From: an uncultured Gammaproteobacteria bacterium
Lineage (GTDB): Bacteria; Pseudomonadota; Gammaproteobacteria; CAWCPV01
NCBI GenBank assembly: GCA_963797555.1
Contig: CAWCPV010000009.1
Span: 128,001 to 192,000, forward strand
Direction of reading: 5' to 3'
Length of the DNA stretch: 64,000 nt
Position numbers and translations under genes: made by a program. A model generated the notes under the pieces. That model had not been told where the DNA came from. It saw nothing but the letters and a program-made list of their open reading frames with translations, and did not search any database. This document shows, piece by piece, positions 21,818 to 32,094 of the stretch. Position 1 is the stretch's first letter, and each line of letters begins with the position of its first letter.

Positions 21818-22980
21818 GCGGCCTGCGGTCCCTGCACGCAGAGCCGATGGATCAGGCTCCTCAGCAGGTCGACGGTAGGCGCGATCCGGTCCATGGCCAG
21901 GAACTCGTTCGGCTGGTGCGCCTGCTCGATATTTCCGGGACCCAAGATGAGAGGAGTAGTGCCCAACTGCATGAAAAACGGCCCTTCCGTACCAAAAGCG
22001 ACGGCTCCTGCAGGTTCCCCGGTCAGTTCCTCGGCGGCGCGCACGAGCGGGGAGCGCGCGTCCACCTCCAAGGCCGGGATCCCGGGGAAAAGCGGTACCG
22101 TGCGCACCGTGAGGCCGGCATCTCCCACGGATTCCGCGACCCGCTCGGCGAGTGTGCGGCGCAGCTCCTCCAAAAGCATCCCGGGCAGGGGGCGCAGCTC
22201 GACACGCAGCTCGCAGTGGGCGCAGATGCGGTTGGGGTTGTCCCCGCCGTGGATGTACCCGAGATTCAGAGTGGGAACGGAGACCTGGAAGGCATGGTTC
22301 ACGAACCTGCCCTGTAGGTCTGCACGCCAGCGCAGCAGCCCCTGGATGACCCGCTGCATCCCCTCCAGGGCGCTGGCTCCCAGACTCGGGTCGCTCGAAT
22401 GGCCGGAGCGGCCCTGGACGTGGACCGCCTCCCACATGACCCCCTTATGCATCCGCACGGGCTTCAGCCCCGTCGGCTCGCCGATGATGGCGTACCGCGC
22501 CCTGGGGCGACCGGCGGAGACCAGCGCCCGGGCACCCTCCATCCCACTCTCCTCGTCCGCGGTGGCGACCACGAAGAGGGGCTCGCTGAGGTCTTCTCCG
22601 ATGAAGCTGCGTGCCGCCTCCAAGGCCAAGGGGAAGAAGCCCTTCATGTCCGCTATGCCGAGACCGTATAGCCGCCCGTCCTGCTCGGTGAGTGTGAACG
22701 GGTCGAAGCGCCACAGTTCCTCATCATAGGGCACGGTGTCGGTGTGCCCCGCGAGGACCAGCCCGCCCGATCCTTCGCCGAGGGCAGCGATCAGGTTCGC
22801 CTTGTGGAGGGTTCCCGCCAGTGCCTGCACCTCGACGCGGAAGCCCAGCTCGTCGAGCCAGCTCGCCAGCAGGTCGATGACCCCGCGGTTGCCCTGATCG
22901 GTTCGGGGGTCAACGCTGCTCACCGACGGGACGGCGACTAGCCGACGCATCCTGTCCACCACGGCGGCTGAGGCGCTCAT
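21814..22980 (-). CDS. argE: Acetylornithine deacetylase
   Basis: LAGHTDTVP, GIADMKGF, ADEESGM, IGEPT, GHSSDP, FGTEG and AHQPNE motifs. Confidence 0.93.
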   Translation of the reverse strand: MSASAAVVDRMRRLVAVPSVSSVDPRTDQGNRGVIDLLASWLDELGFRVEVQALAGTLHKANLIAALGEGSGGLVLAGHTDTVPYDEELWRFDPFTLTEQDGRLYGLGIADMKGFFPLALEAARSFIGEDLSEPLFVVATADEESGMEGARALVSAGRPRARYAIIGEPTGLKPVRMHKGVMWEAVHVQGRSGHSSDPSLGASALEGMQRVIQGLLRWRADLQGRFVNHAFQVSVPTLNLGYIHGGDNPNRICAHCELRVELRPLPGMLLEELRRTLAERVAESVGDAGLTVRTVPLFPGIPALEVDARSPLVRAAEELTGEPAGAVAFGTEGPFFMQLGTTPLILGPGNIEQAHQPNEFLAMDRIAPTVDLLRSLIHRLCVQGPQAA

Positions 22981-23108
22981 GGGGCGATTCTGACCCTGTC
23001 GTGGAGGTGTACGCAAGGGCGCTGGCGGCAGATCCGCTCTTGGGAGTCAGGTAGCATGTGCCAAGCCGCGCGAAGCGGGGTTTCGACAGCAGCCATCGAG
23101 GATTGGCA

Positions 23109-23921
23109 ATGAAGGAGATCGACCAGCTCGCGAGCATTATGGCCCGCCTCCGCGATCCGGAAAGCGGCTGTCCCTGGGACCTGGCGCAATCCTTCGAGAG
23201 CCTCGTGCCCTTTACCATCGAGGAGGCGTACGAGGTGGCGGAGGCGGTGGAGCGAAGCGATCTTGATGAGCTGCGGAACGAGATCGGAGACCTGCTGTTC
23301 CAGGTAATTTTCTACTCCCAGCTCGCCGCAGAAGTGCGCCGGTTCGACTTTCGGGACGTGGTGGCCGGCATCGTGGATAAAATGGTCCGCCGCCATCCGC
23401 ACGTGTTCGCGGAGGCGCGCATCGGTAGTGCCGCCGATCAGAGCGTAGCCTGGGAGCATCACAAGGCGCGCGAGCGGCATGCCAAGGCGCACGCCCGGGG
23501 GGAGGCTCCCAGCCTGTTGGACGGGGTCAGCACGGCGCTACCGGCGCTCACGCGCGCGGGGAAGCTGCAGCGGCGTGCCGCCCGAGTGGGCTTCGACTGG
23601 CCAGCCGCGGATGCGGTGGCCGACAAGGTCCAGGAGGAGCTGCGGGAGATCCGCACGGCGCTGGCCGGCGGGGCGCGCCAGGAGCAGGTGGCAGAGGAGA
23701 TCGGTGATCTGCTGTTTAGCTGCGTCAATCTGGCGCGCCATCTGCACGTGGACCCGGAGTCGGCCCTGCGGGCGGGAAACCGGAAGTTCGAGCGGCGTTT
23801 CCGCCGGATGGAGGAGCTACTGGCCGGCAGCGGACGCCGGGCCGACGACGCGAGCCTGGAGGAGCTGGACGCGCTCTGGGAGCGGGTCAAGACCGAGGAG
23901 TCGGGAACGACCGCGGACTAG
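23109..23921 (+). CDS. mazG: Nucleoside triphosphate pyrophosphohydrolase
   Basis: LRDPESGCPWD, EEAYEV, EIGDLL twice and RRHPHVF motifs. Confidence 0.95.
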   Translation: MKEIDQLASIMARLRDPESGCPWDLAQSFESLVPFTIEEAYEVAEAVERSDLDELRNEIGDLLFQVIFYSQLAAEVRRFDFRDVVAGIVDKMVRRHPHVFAEARIGSAADQSVAWEHHKARERHAKAHARGEAPSLLDGVSTALPALTRAGKLQRRAARVGFDWPAADAVADKVQEELREIRTALAGGARQEQVAEEIGDLLFSCVNLARHLHVDPESALRAGNRKFERRFRRMEELLAGSGRRADDASLEELDALWERVKTEESGTTAD

Positions 23922-24171
23922 CCGCCCCCTAAAGCGCGCCGCGCGGCACTGCGGCCGCGGCCTCCGCTTCAGGACGTATTAGAAGCTGACAGATATACGC
24001 CTCCGTGGCGTGGCGCCGCATCATGCGGTGGCTGTTGAAATAATAGCCATTCTTCCTCCTCGGGCGGGTTGCTCTCCACCAGCGGAAGCTCGAGGTCGGC
24101 TGCGGAGCGGGCGGTGTCCCCGCGAGGGCCCCCAGACCTCCGCTGTATGTGGCGATCTCCGGCCGCAGCCC

Positions 24172-24831
24172 TTACGGATCACCCGCCGGTTGGCTGATGA
24201 CGTGGGTGCGCTTGCGAGGTCGGGGCTTGCTCAGCAAGGTCAGGGCGTCGTCCAGCGCCGCGCGAGGCAGGACGATGCCATATTGCTGGGCGAGGCGGGC
24301 CGCGGTCTCCTCGACCGGGAGCGGGAACCCCTCCATGCGCTGGATAAAAGCGCTCACGTCCTCCATCACCGCCCACGGATAAATGATCCAGCGCCAGCGC
24401 AGGCTTCGGTGGGCGAAAAAGTCCGGCGTGAACGTGGACTTGTGCTTGTAGTACAACACTGCCGTTTGCACCGCCGCCGGCAGGTATTCGGCCAGCAGGT
24501 GCTCCATGGCGGCCTGCAGGGTCTCGCCGCTGTCGGTGAGGTCGTCCACCAGCAGGACCCGCAGACCCGACACGTCGATGGGTAGGGGAAAGCGGATATG
24601 GGTGCGCTTCACCTGAACCGCACCGGCGCCGTAGTGCACGATGCGCAGGCTGGTGAGGTCCGAGACCTGGAGGAAGTCCGCCAGGATGCGGGCCGGAACG
24701 AATCCGCCGCGGGCGATGGCGACGATGATATCCGGACGGAACCTCGACCCGATAATGTCCATGGCGACGCGGCGGCTTAGCCGGTACACCTCGCTCCAGC
24801 TCACGAGCTTGCAGGGCAGGCTGGTGGACAT
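24172..24831 (-). CDS. Type I phosphoribosyltransferase (purine-salvage-like)
   Basis: AIARGGFVPAR, VLLVDDLTDSGETL and WIIYPW motifs. Confidence 0.9.
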   Translation of the reverse strand: MSTSLPCKLVSWSEVYRLSRRVAMDIIGSRFRPDIIVAIARGGFVPARILADFLQVSDLTSLRIVHYGAGAVQVKRTHIRFPLPIDVSGLRVLLVDDLTDSGETLQAAMEHLLAEYLPAAVQTAVLYYKHKSTFTPDFFAHRSLRWRWIIYPWAVMEDVSAFIQRMEGFPLPVEETAARLAQQYGIVLPRAALDDALTLLSKPRPRKRTHVISQPAGDP

Positions 24832-25094
24832 ACACCTCCCGATAGCTGCCGATCAGCGCCCGGCCAGGACGCGGACCGTCGTGCGCTCGACCGGCCATCT
24901 CGAATCGCGCCGGCCCGGGGTCGAGGAGGCTGCTCGCCCCATCACCGGTTCCATCACCCTGGCCTTTCCCGTAACAGGGCGAAGGGGTGCGGCAGCGCCT
25001 GCGACGCGTTTTCAGCAGGACAAGCTTAAACGAGCGCGCCTCGGCCGGAAATAGCCGGGGCCGTCGTGGGGTCCGACACGCCCCCACCCTCGCC

Positions 25095-25640
25095 GGCGGG
25101 CACGCTGGTGTTTCGCGGCCCGAGCGGCGAGCGGGTGGTGCCCGTGGACCGGTTCTACCTCGGCACCTTCTACCCACAGATGAAGCCGCAGGATCTGCTC
25201 GTGGAGGTGCGGGTTCCGGTCCCGCCGCCGCACAGCGGGCACTCCTACAAGAAGCTCAAGCGCAAGGTCGGAGACTACGCCACGGCCGCCGCGGCGGTCC
25301 AACTGACGCTGGGGGGCGGCCTCCGGCAGCCACATCGGCTGCGAGACGTTGCACACGGCGCCTGTACCGTGGACCTGGACGGCAAGTCGGTCAAGTCTTG
25401 CACCGTGCTCGCGGCGCAGGCCGAGGGAAGCGCGGTGACGACGGTGGAAGGCTTGGCAGCCGACAGTCAGCCCATCCGGTGCAGGAAGGGTTCATGCAGG
25501 AGCACGGTCTGCACTGTGGCTTCTGCACGCCGGGCATGATGATGCGCCCCTACCGCTTATTGCAGGAGAACCCCGATCCGACCGAGGCCGAGATTCGCGT
25601 CGGGCTGTCGGGAAATCTCTGCCGCTGCACCGGCGCACAG
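25095..25640 (+). pseudogene. Fused remnants of aerobic CO dehydrogenase medium (coxM) and small (coxS) subunits
   Basis: [20 protein letters not shown] (CoxM C-terminus) joined to [35 protein letters not shown] (CoxS); coxL absent. Confidence 0.85.
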
Positions 25641-25709
25641 CCTCGACAGCCTCGCGGCGCTGGAGCAGTATCTCACCGGGCTGTGAGCGGGATCGCGGAG
25701 GAGGGTGGC

Positions 25710-26711
25710 ATGATGCTGGAGAGCGACCGGGTCTTGGAGAGGGCGGCAAGCCTGCAGTCGCAGGGGAGGCCGTTCGCCCTGGCCACGGTGGTGCGTTGCG
25801 AGTCCCCCACTTCCGCGAAGCCGGGTGCCAAGGCCCTGGTGGAGCCGGACGGGACCATCCACGGCTGGATCGGCGGGGGCTGCGCTCAGCCGGCCGTGAT
25901 CAAGACGGCCAAACGGGCGCTTGCGGAGGGTCGTCCATACCTCATCCGCATCAGTCCCGAAAAGGATGGCGCTATCGAGGAGGGCGTTCTGGACTTCGGT
26001 ATGACCTGCCACAGCGGCGGCACGCTGGATATCTTCATCGATCCGCTGGTGCCGCGCCCGCGTCTCTTGATCATCGGGGCCTCTCCGGCGGGGCAGTGTC
26101 TCTCCGCCCTGGCCGCGCGAGTCGGGTTTGCCGTCACGGCGGCGTTCCCGTGCGTCACCCCGGAAATGTTCCCGGACGCGGAGCGCCTGGTCGACGGCCT
26201 CGACGTGGCGGCGAAAGATCACCCGTCGGCGCATCTCGTGGTCGTCTCCACGCAGGGGAAGAGGGACGAGGAGGGACTGGAGGCGGCGCTCTCGACGGGT
26301 GCGTCCTACATCGCCTTTATCGCCAGTGAGCGCAAGGCGGCGAAGGTCAGGGACTATCTGCGCGAGCGCGGTCACGATCGGGCACGGGTCGACGCTATCA
26401 TGGCCCCGGCTGGGATCGAGATCGGGGCGGTGACTCCGGAAGAGATAGCCTTGTCGGTGCTTGCGGACGTCGTTCGGTATCGACGCGCGGCCAGTCCCGT
26501 CGAGGCGCCGAGCCGCGAAGGACCGCTCCAGCCGACCGGGCCTGGGGCGCAGGCCGTCGACCCGGTATGCGGCATGACGGTGGAGACGCGGGGCGCGGAG
26601 CATACCAGCTTGTACCGCGGCGAGACCTATTACTTCTGCTGCGCGGGCTGCCAGCATGCCTTCGAGAAGGCGCCCGAAGACTACCTCCCGGCGGCCGGGG
26701 CGCGAGCGTGA
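25710..26711 (+). CDS. XdhC/CoxI-family Moco chaperone with C-terminal YHS domain
   Basis: [31 protein letters not shown] motifs; DPVCGM...[11 protein letters not shown] domain. Confidence 0.9.
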   Translation: MMLESDRVLERAASLQSQGRPFALATVVRCESPTSAKPGAKALVEPDGTIHGWIGGGCAQPAVIKTAKRALAEGRPYLIRISPEKDGAIEEGVLDFGMTCHSGGTLDIFIDPLVPRPRLLIIGASPAGQCLSALAARVGFAVTAAFPCVTPEMFPDAERLVDGLDVAAKDHPSAHLVVVSTQGKRDEEGLEAALSTGASYIAFIASERKAAKVRDYLRERGHDRARVDAIMAPAGIEIGAVTPEEIALSVLADVVRYRRAASPVEAPSREGPLQPTGPGAQAVDPVCGMTVETRGAEHTSLYRGETYYFCCAGCQHAFEKAPEDYLPAAGARA

Positions 26712-27352
26712 CCAGCGTATCCGCCATCGTCCTGGCGGCCGGTGAGTCGCGCCGCATGGGTCCGGCCAACAAGCTGCTGTTGCCGGTCGGCGGCGTCCCG
26801 GTGCTGCGGCGCACCCTGGAGACCCTGCTGGCCTGCGGACTCGAGGAGATTGTAGTGGTGCTGGGTCACCAGCGCGACCGGGTGATCCCCGTGCTGCAGG
26901 GTTTGCCCCTGCAGACCACCGACAACGCGCATTACGCCGAAGGTCAGATGACTTCGGTGCGTGCCGGTCTGGCGAGCCTACGCCAGCCCTGTGACGGGGT
27001 GATGGTGTGCCTCGCCGACCAGCCGCTGCTGACCGTGCGGGAGCTCCGGGATCTGATGCGGGCGTTCGGGCGGCGCGGCGATCGTTCCATCTTGGTGCCG
27101 ACCTATCTGGGTCGTCGCGGCAATCCGATCATTCTGGCCTGGCGGCAGCGCGCTTGGATCCTGCAGAACGAGCCCAATCTGGGGTGCCGGCGGCTCATCG
27201 AACGCCACCCGGAGCGCGTGGCGACGCTGGAGATGGACACCGACCACGTGGTGTTCGACTTGGACACCCCCCTGGACTATCAGACGCTCCTGGCGCGGCT
27301 CGGTGAGGAGCGGGGAGCGGTGGCGACGGAAACGGGGGCGACGGCGGGATAG
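26708..27352 (+). CDS. mocA: Molybdenum cofactor cytidylyltransferase-like NTP transferase
   Basis: [24 protein letters not shown] and DLDTP motifs; context between xdhC genes. Confidence 0.8.
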   Translation: MTSVSAIVLAAGESRRMGPANKLLLPVGGVPVLRRTLETLLACGLEEIVVVLGHQRDRVIPVLQGLPLQTTDNAHYAEGQMTSVRAGLASLRQPCDGVMVCLADQPLLTVRELRDLMRAFGRRGDRSILVPTYLGRRGNPIILAWRQRAWILQNEPNLGCRRLIERHPERVATLEMDTDHVVFDLDTPLDYQTLLARLGEERGAVATETGATAG

Positions 27353-27358
27353 CGCAAG

Positions 27359-28279
27359 GTGGCCAAGGATATCCTGGACGTCATACTGGAGATGCGGGCC
27401 CTGGGTCGCCCCTATGCCGTAGCGACCGTAGTAGAGACCCAGGGCTCGGTGTCGGCGAAGACCGGCGCCAAGGCGGTGATCGACCACGAGGGCCGCGTGG
27501 TGGCGGGGTGGGTCGGCGGGGGCTGCGCCGAGTCCACGACCTGCTACCAGGCGCTTCAGTGCATCGCCAAGGAACAGACTGCGCTGATCGATGTCGACAT
27601 GAACGACGAAGTCCTGGGTGTGGGGATGCCCTGCGGGGGGAGCATGCGCGTTTACGTCGAGCCGATCCTGCCGAAGCCGACCCTGTGGCTCTTGGGCCAC
27701 GGCAGGGTGGCGGAGTGTCTGTGCCTGCTCGGAGATCTCATGGGACTCGCCGTGGTGGCGAATGACCCCCTGGTAACGGCGGACAAGTATCCCGCGGCGA
27801 GCCGCCTCATTACCCACGACGCGGAATACGCCGAGCTGCAGCCCCTGCAGGGTGATTTCGTGGTGATTGGCACCCAGCACAAGGGCGACCACCGCTCCAT
27901 GCAGCGCGCCCTGCGCTCCAATGCCGGCTACATCGCCCTAATCGCCAGCCGCAAGCGCTCTCGGCTGGTGCTGGAGTACCTGCGCAAGGAGGGTTTCTCG
28001 GAAGAGGATCTGGCGCGCGTGCGGGCCCCCGCCGGGCTGGATTTGGGTGCCAGGACACCGGAGGAGATCGCGCTGTGCGTCATGAGCGAGATCGTCCTGG
28101 TGCGTCGTCGCGCCAGCGGGATGCCGATGCGCGACGCGCTGAGGGAGCCGCCCGAGCGCGTCGCTGCGGTCGGGGCAATGAGAACTTGCACCCGTCCCTG
28201 CTGCATGAGCACGCGCGCGAAATGCTTGAGCGGGCGGGAGGTGTTGCGGGTGAGATCGGCTTTCATGGTTCCCCCTTAG
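27359..28279 (+). CDS. Second XdhC/CoxF-family protein; C-terminal tail probably artefactual
   Basis: GWVGGGCAE, MPCGG and APAGLDLGARTPEEIA motifs; last ~30 codons are antisense of another fragment. Confidence 0.85.
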   Translation: MAKDILDVILEMRALGRPYAVATVVETQGSVSAKTGAKAVIDHEGRVVAGWVGGGCAESTTCYQALQCIAKEQTALIDVDMNDEVLGVGMPCGGSMRVYVEPILPKPTLWLLGHGRVAECLCLLGDLMGLAVVANDPLVTADKYPAASRLITHDAEYAELQPLQGDFVVIGTQHKGDHRSMQRALRSNAGYIALIASRKRSRLVLEYLRKEGFSEEDLARVRAPAGLDLGARTPEEIALCVMSEIVLVRRRASGMPMRDALREPPERVAAVGAMRTCTRPCCMSTRAKCLSGREVLRVRSAFMVPP

Positions 28280-28417
28280 CTTGCGTAAATGATGCCTGAG
28301 TCCATCCCGGCAGGGGTGTACTCGTCGAACCGGGCGCGTAAGTTGGCCTCGCGTTGGGGCTGATAAAGATCGTGGAAGACGCCCATTTCGGACTCGTCGT
28401 CGGCGCCGCGTTTGATC
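28180..28417 (-). pseudogene. Remnant of an eCIS/phage-tail-like gene pair: C-terminus of a tail-associated protein and start of a DUF6519-like gene
   Basis: IKRGADDESEMGVFHDLYQPQREANLRARFDEYTPAG..* then MKADLTRNTSRPLKHFARVLMQQGRVQ; family recognised from memory. Confidence 0.65.
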
Positions 28418-28534
28418 GTAACCGTTCACCCCCCTGGAATATTTTGACCCGGAGGGCTGGACAAAACGGTTCCAGCGTGAGACAGTTGGGTGCCCTTGGC
28501 AGGATGTTCCTCGACCTCACTGTCACACACAATC

Positions 28535-30103
28535 ATGGTGCTCAAGGAGCACGACCTTCGTCAGCTCAGCGAGGAGCGCATTCTGGAGCTGAGGCAGAAG
28601 GATCCCGATGCGCTGGCAGCGCTGAGCATCCGCCTGCTGCAGGATCTCAAGGAAGCGTGGGAGCGGCTCAATCAGAGTCCCTCCAATAGCTCTCGTCCGC
28701 CGAGCAGTCAAGACCCCTGGCTGCGTGCGCGGGAGGACGAAGAGGCCGACGCCGGTCCTGAGGACGAGGAGGCCAAGAGCCGTTCTGAGGAGGATGGCCT
28801 CCCCGGGGCTGGCGGCCAGAAGGGCGCAAAGGACACGAGTGGCAAGACCTCAGGGACGCAGCGCCGAGCGGGCCGGCAGCCTGGCTCCCAGGGATTCGGG
28901 CGCGCCCAGAAGCTGACAGTCACCGATTGGGACCATCATCGGCCGGGAAGTTGTGCGCTGTGTGGTGGGGCGCTCAATCCTGAGCAGGCGAAGCCCTACA
29001 CCGCCTTTGATAGGCTGGACTTGGTCTTTGGCGATGAGCAGGCGCCGGGGCTGCGCCTGACCTGCACGCGGCAGGTATACTACCAGAGCCGTTGCGACTG
29101 TGGTCATGAGACCCGGCAGGCGCCGCACCGCGCGCCCGAGCACTTGGGATGCTGGCGAGGGGTGGAGCTTGGCGAGTGGCGCCTGGTGGGGCCGGGATTG
29201 TGCGCCTTCATCGTCTGGCTGCGGTTTCGGATGCGCCTGTCCATCCGCCTGGTCCGGGAGTTCCTGCACGAGGTGTTTGGGCTGGCGCTCGGCATCGGCA
29301 CCCTCCACCAATGCGTGATGGAGACCGCCCGTGCCTGCGAGCCGGTCGAGGATGAGCTGGTGACCCAGTTGCTGGAAGCGGCCCTCATGCATGCCGATGA
29401 GACACCGCACAAGCAATGGGGAGAGCCCTTGTGGTTATGGGTGTTCATCTCGGCCTCGACGGCGCTGTTCTTGGTCGGCTCTCGCGCCAAAGAGATGTTT
29501 CAGAACCTCATCGAGGATCTCTTCTGCGGCTATCTGATGAGCGATGGGTACCAGGTCTATCGGGACTATGCCAAGCGCCTGCGTTGCTGGGCGCATCTCA
29601 TTCGCAAGGCCCGGGGCCTGAGGGATTGCCTCTCGCCCACCCTCCAGGGCTACGGCCAGGCGGTCTATGACCTGCTCGATGCGCTGATGCAGGCCGTCTA
29701 TCACGCCCGCGAGGGACCGGGCGGCTCCCTGCGGCAAGCCCACCCGGGCGAGCTCAACGAGCTCACGGCCCTGTGTGAACGCATGAGCTGCTGCCCTTAT
29801 GACAAGGCCCAGGCGCTGGGCAAGGAGCTGCTCAACGACTGGGGGGCGATCTTCCGGGTGTTGGATGAGCCTCAGCTGCCGCTGACCAACAACGTGGCGG
29901 AGCGGGCGCTGCGTCACTGGGTGATTCTGCGTCGCATCAGCCAGGGGACCCGCAGCGAACAAGGCAGCCGGGCGCTGGCGCTGCTCGCCAGTGTGATCGA
30001 GACTTCTCGGCTGCGATTGAGCTCCCCGCTGTGCTATCTCAGAGATGTCCTCGCCCACCGACGCCGCGGCTTTGAGGCACCGCCGCTTCCTGCGCCCGCT
30101 TGA
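28535..30103 (+). CDS. IS66 transposase (TnpC)
   Basis: NSSRPPSS, CxxC zinc finger, HADET, LMSDGY, CWAHLIRK and TNNVAERALR motifs. Confidence 0.95.
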   Translation: MVLKEHDLRQLSEERILELRQKDPDALAALSIRLLQDLKEAWERLNQSPSNSSRPPSSQDPWLRAREDEEADAGPEDEEAKSRSEEDGLPGAGGQKGAKDTSGKTSGTQRRAGRQPGSQGFGRAQKLTVTDWDHHRPGSCALCGGALNPEQAKPYTAFDRLDLVFGDEQAPGLRLTCTRQVYYQSRCDCGHETRQAPHRAPEHLGCWRGVELGEWRLVGPGLCAFIVWLRFRMRLSIRLVREFLHEVFGLALGIGTLHQCVMETARACEPVEDELVTQLLEAALMHADETPHKQWGEPLWLWVFISASTALFLVGSRAKEMFQNLIEDLFCGYLMSDGYQVYRDYAKRLRCWAHLIRKARGLRDCLSPTLQGYGQAVYDLLDALMQAVYHAREGPGGSLRQAHPGELNELTALCERMSCCPYDKAQALGKELLNDWGAIFRVLDEPQLPLTNNVAERALRHWVILRRISQGTRSEQGSRALALLASVIETSRLRLSSPLCYLRDVLAHRRRGFEAPPLPAPA

Positions 30104-30105
30104 GT

Positions 30106-30845
30106 TCAGCGCTCACCGCGCAGGCGCTCTCTGGCCTGCGGGTGCAGAGCGTAGAGGAAGACCCGCTTTATCGCTCTGCCATGGCGTTGGTGCGCACGGT
30201 CCATGCGCCCGCGTCCGCTGGTCTCGCCCACCTCGCACCAGTTGGCCGCCCGGTAGCAGGTCCCGGCAAAGCGCAGCCGATCCACGCATCGCGGGCCTGC
30301 ATGCGCCAGGCCGGGCTGGTGTAGGTGAGCCCGCCCAACACCTCCCCCTCCCGGCGCTGGGAGCGGATGAGATAGACCAACTGGGCCCCAAAGGGTGTGG
30401 CATAGCCCAAGTAGTGATAGCGCGCGAGAAGCTCGCGCCACAAATGCCCGTCCCTCGGCCTGGCGCACTAACTGAAGCTCCACCGGGGCCACCTCCTGCA
30501 GCGCACCGGCAATCTCGCCGCGGCGTTCGCCCCGATCGGTCTGCGCAGTGCAGGTGCGCCGCCCCTTGGGCCTGCCCGTGCGCTTGGCGGGAAGCCCCAG
30601 ATCCCCCGAGCTTCCAACCGCTCCAGTAGATCCCGACCCTCGCGGGACTTCAGGGCTCCGTTGTCCCGTCTCCACCCCAGCAGCTCACAGATGGTCTGCG
30701 CCAGCTCAAAACGACTCAGGCCCACGCACATCGACACCATTCGGACGATGGCGGAGATCTCCTCTTCGGTAAAGCTCCGGCCGCTCGCCGTGATCGCCTG
30801 GCGGAATAGAGGGCTCTTGATCCATGAGCCGGGAGTGTACGACAA
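30106..30845 (-). pseudogene. DUF4338 (DruA-like) protein, frameshifted and internally deleted
   Basis: LSRFELAQTICELLGW, LWRELLARYHYLG, RDAWIG and GTCYRAANW..VGETSGRG motifs spread over three frames. Confidence 0.8.
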
Positions 30846-30917
30846 GCCGAGCGGCTCTGCTGCGCTGGACGCGCTCTTAACGCATCGATCAACTGGTGGG
30901 AGGGTCTGAACGGTTAC

Positions 30918-31040
30918 CGTTTGATCTCGTCTGCGGAGGCATCCGCAAGCTGGCAGTACGTCGGGATACCGTAACGCGTGCTGTTGAACTCGGGCGCGAC
31001 GCGCAAGCGCTCGCTTTCCTGGAGCATGTCTCTTTCCTCC
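30918..31040 (-). pseudogene. Upstream part of the eCIS-like gene interrupted by IS66
   Basis: RVAPEFNSTRYGIPTYCQLADASADEIKR joins in frame to GADDESEMG across the TSD. Confidence 0.7.
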
Positions 31041-31044
31041 GCCG

Positions 31045-31862
31045 TTATGTGCACGACTCCAATGGGGCAGAAGCGTTCATCCGAGACTGCATCCGGCAGG
31101 TGCGGGCTGCCCTGCCAAAAGTCATCATCGAGGTGCGCGCCGACAGCGCCTTCTTCAGCGACTCCCTCGTCGGCCTGCTGCAAAGCGAGAAGGTGCAGTA
31201 CACGCTGAGTGTCCCCTTCGAGCGCTGGACCGAACTGAAGCAACGCATTGAGACGTGCCAGCGTTGGTTGCCCCTGGACGACGAACAAGCCTATTTCGAG
31301 GCTCAGTGGAAGCCGAAGTCCTGGCACTTGTATCATCGCTTCCTGTTCATCCGCAGAACGGTGAGGCAACAGTCCAAGGGCCCCCTACAGCTCGATCTCT
31401 TCATCCCTTACCAGTACGGTTACGAGTTCAAGGTGATGATCACCAACAAGCCCCAGCACGCCGCTGAGGTGGTGGCCTTCCACAACGGCCGCGGTGCTCA
31501 GGAGGGATTGTTCGCAGAGCTCAAGTCCGACAACCAACTCGACTATGTGCCCACCCGCACCTGGGTGGGCAACCCGATCTATCTGCTCTCGACAGTGCTC
31601 GCGCACAACCTCAGCCGGGAGCTTCAAATGATAGCGCGCCCACTACCCCGCCGTGTCTCGCAGAAACGGCCCGCATTGTGGGACTTCGCCCGTCTCAATA
31701 CGCTGCGCTGCCGGCTCATCCAGCGCGCCGGTCGCCTGATCCGCCCACAGGGTCGATTGACCCTGTCGATGAGCGCCAATTCAGCCGTCCAGCACGAGCT
31801 GTTGCATTATCTGCAGGCCCTGCAGAAAGCGGCATGATCAGAAAGGTTTTGCAACGATAGGG
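31045..31862 (+). mobile_element. IS1380-family transposase, 3' fragment with right end
   Basis: VHDSNGA, VRADSAFF, FHNGRGAQE..ELK and LIQRAGRL motifs; ORF ends at 31837. Confidence 0.8.
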
Positions 31863-32094
31863 TCAACCTTCCAGTTGCATAAGTTCGTGGGACGACCTGG
31901 GGCCCACTGCGTAAGTGCCTGGCGCGGGAAGCGGAAGAGGCCGTGCGGGAGGCGAGGGCCCTCAGGCAGTCGCACCTCGAGGAATTGCAGTAACGCGTTC
32001 CCCGAGTGGCGGCAAGCACCCCGGCCGGTTTTCCGTGCGCACCCCGGTCGACGCCGGAGGGCATCCCCGGAGGGATGGTCGCCCTTTTCCCGCT

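Larger units (their letters stand above)
28418..30917 (+). mobile_element. IS66-family element (2500 bp) without tnpA/tnpB, carrying a DUF4338 gene
   Basis: TIR GTAACCGTTCA...TGAACGGTTAC; 9-bp TSD CGTTTGATC at 28409-28417 and 30918-30926. Confidence 0.92.

Noticed and set aside
24987-26711. 574-aa CoxS-XdhC-YHS fusion protein
   Set aside because: A chance in-frame join of a deleted coxS stub; xdhC has its own RBS and ATG at 25710.
30106-30845. Druantia defence system
   Set aside because: Only a broken DUF4338 gene inside an IS; no DruE helicase or other dru genes are present.
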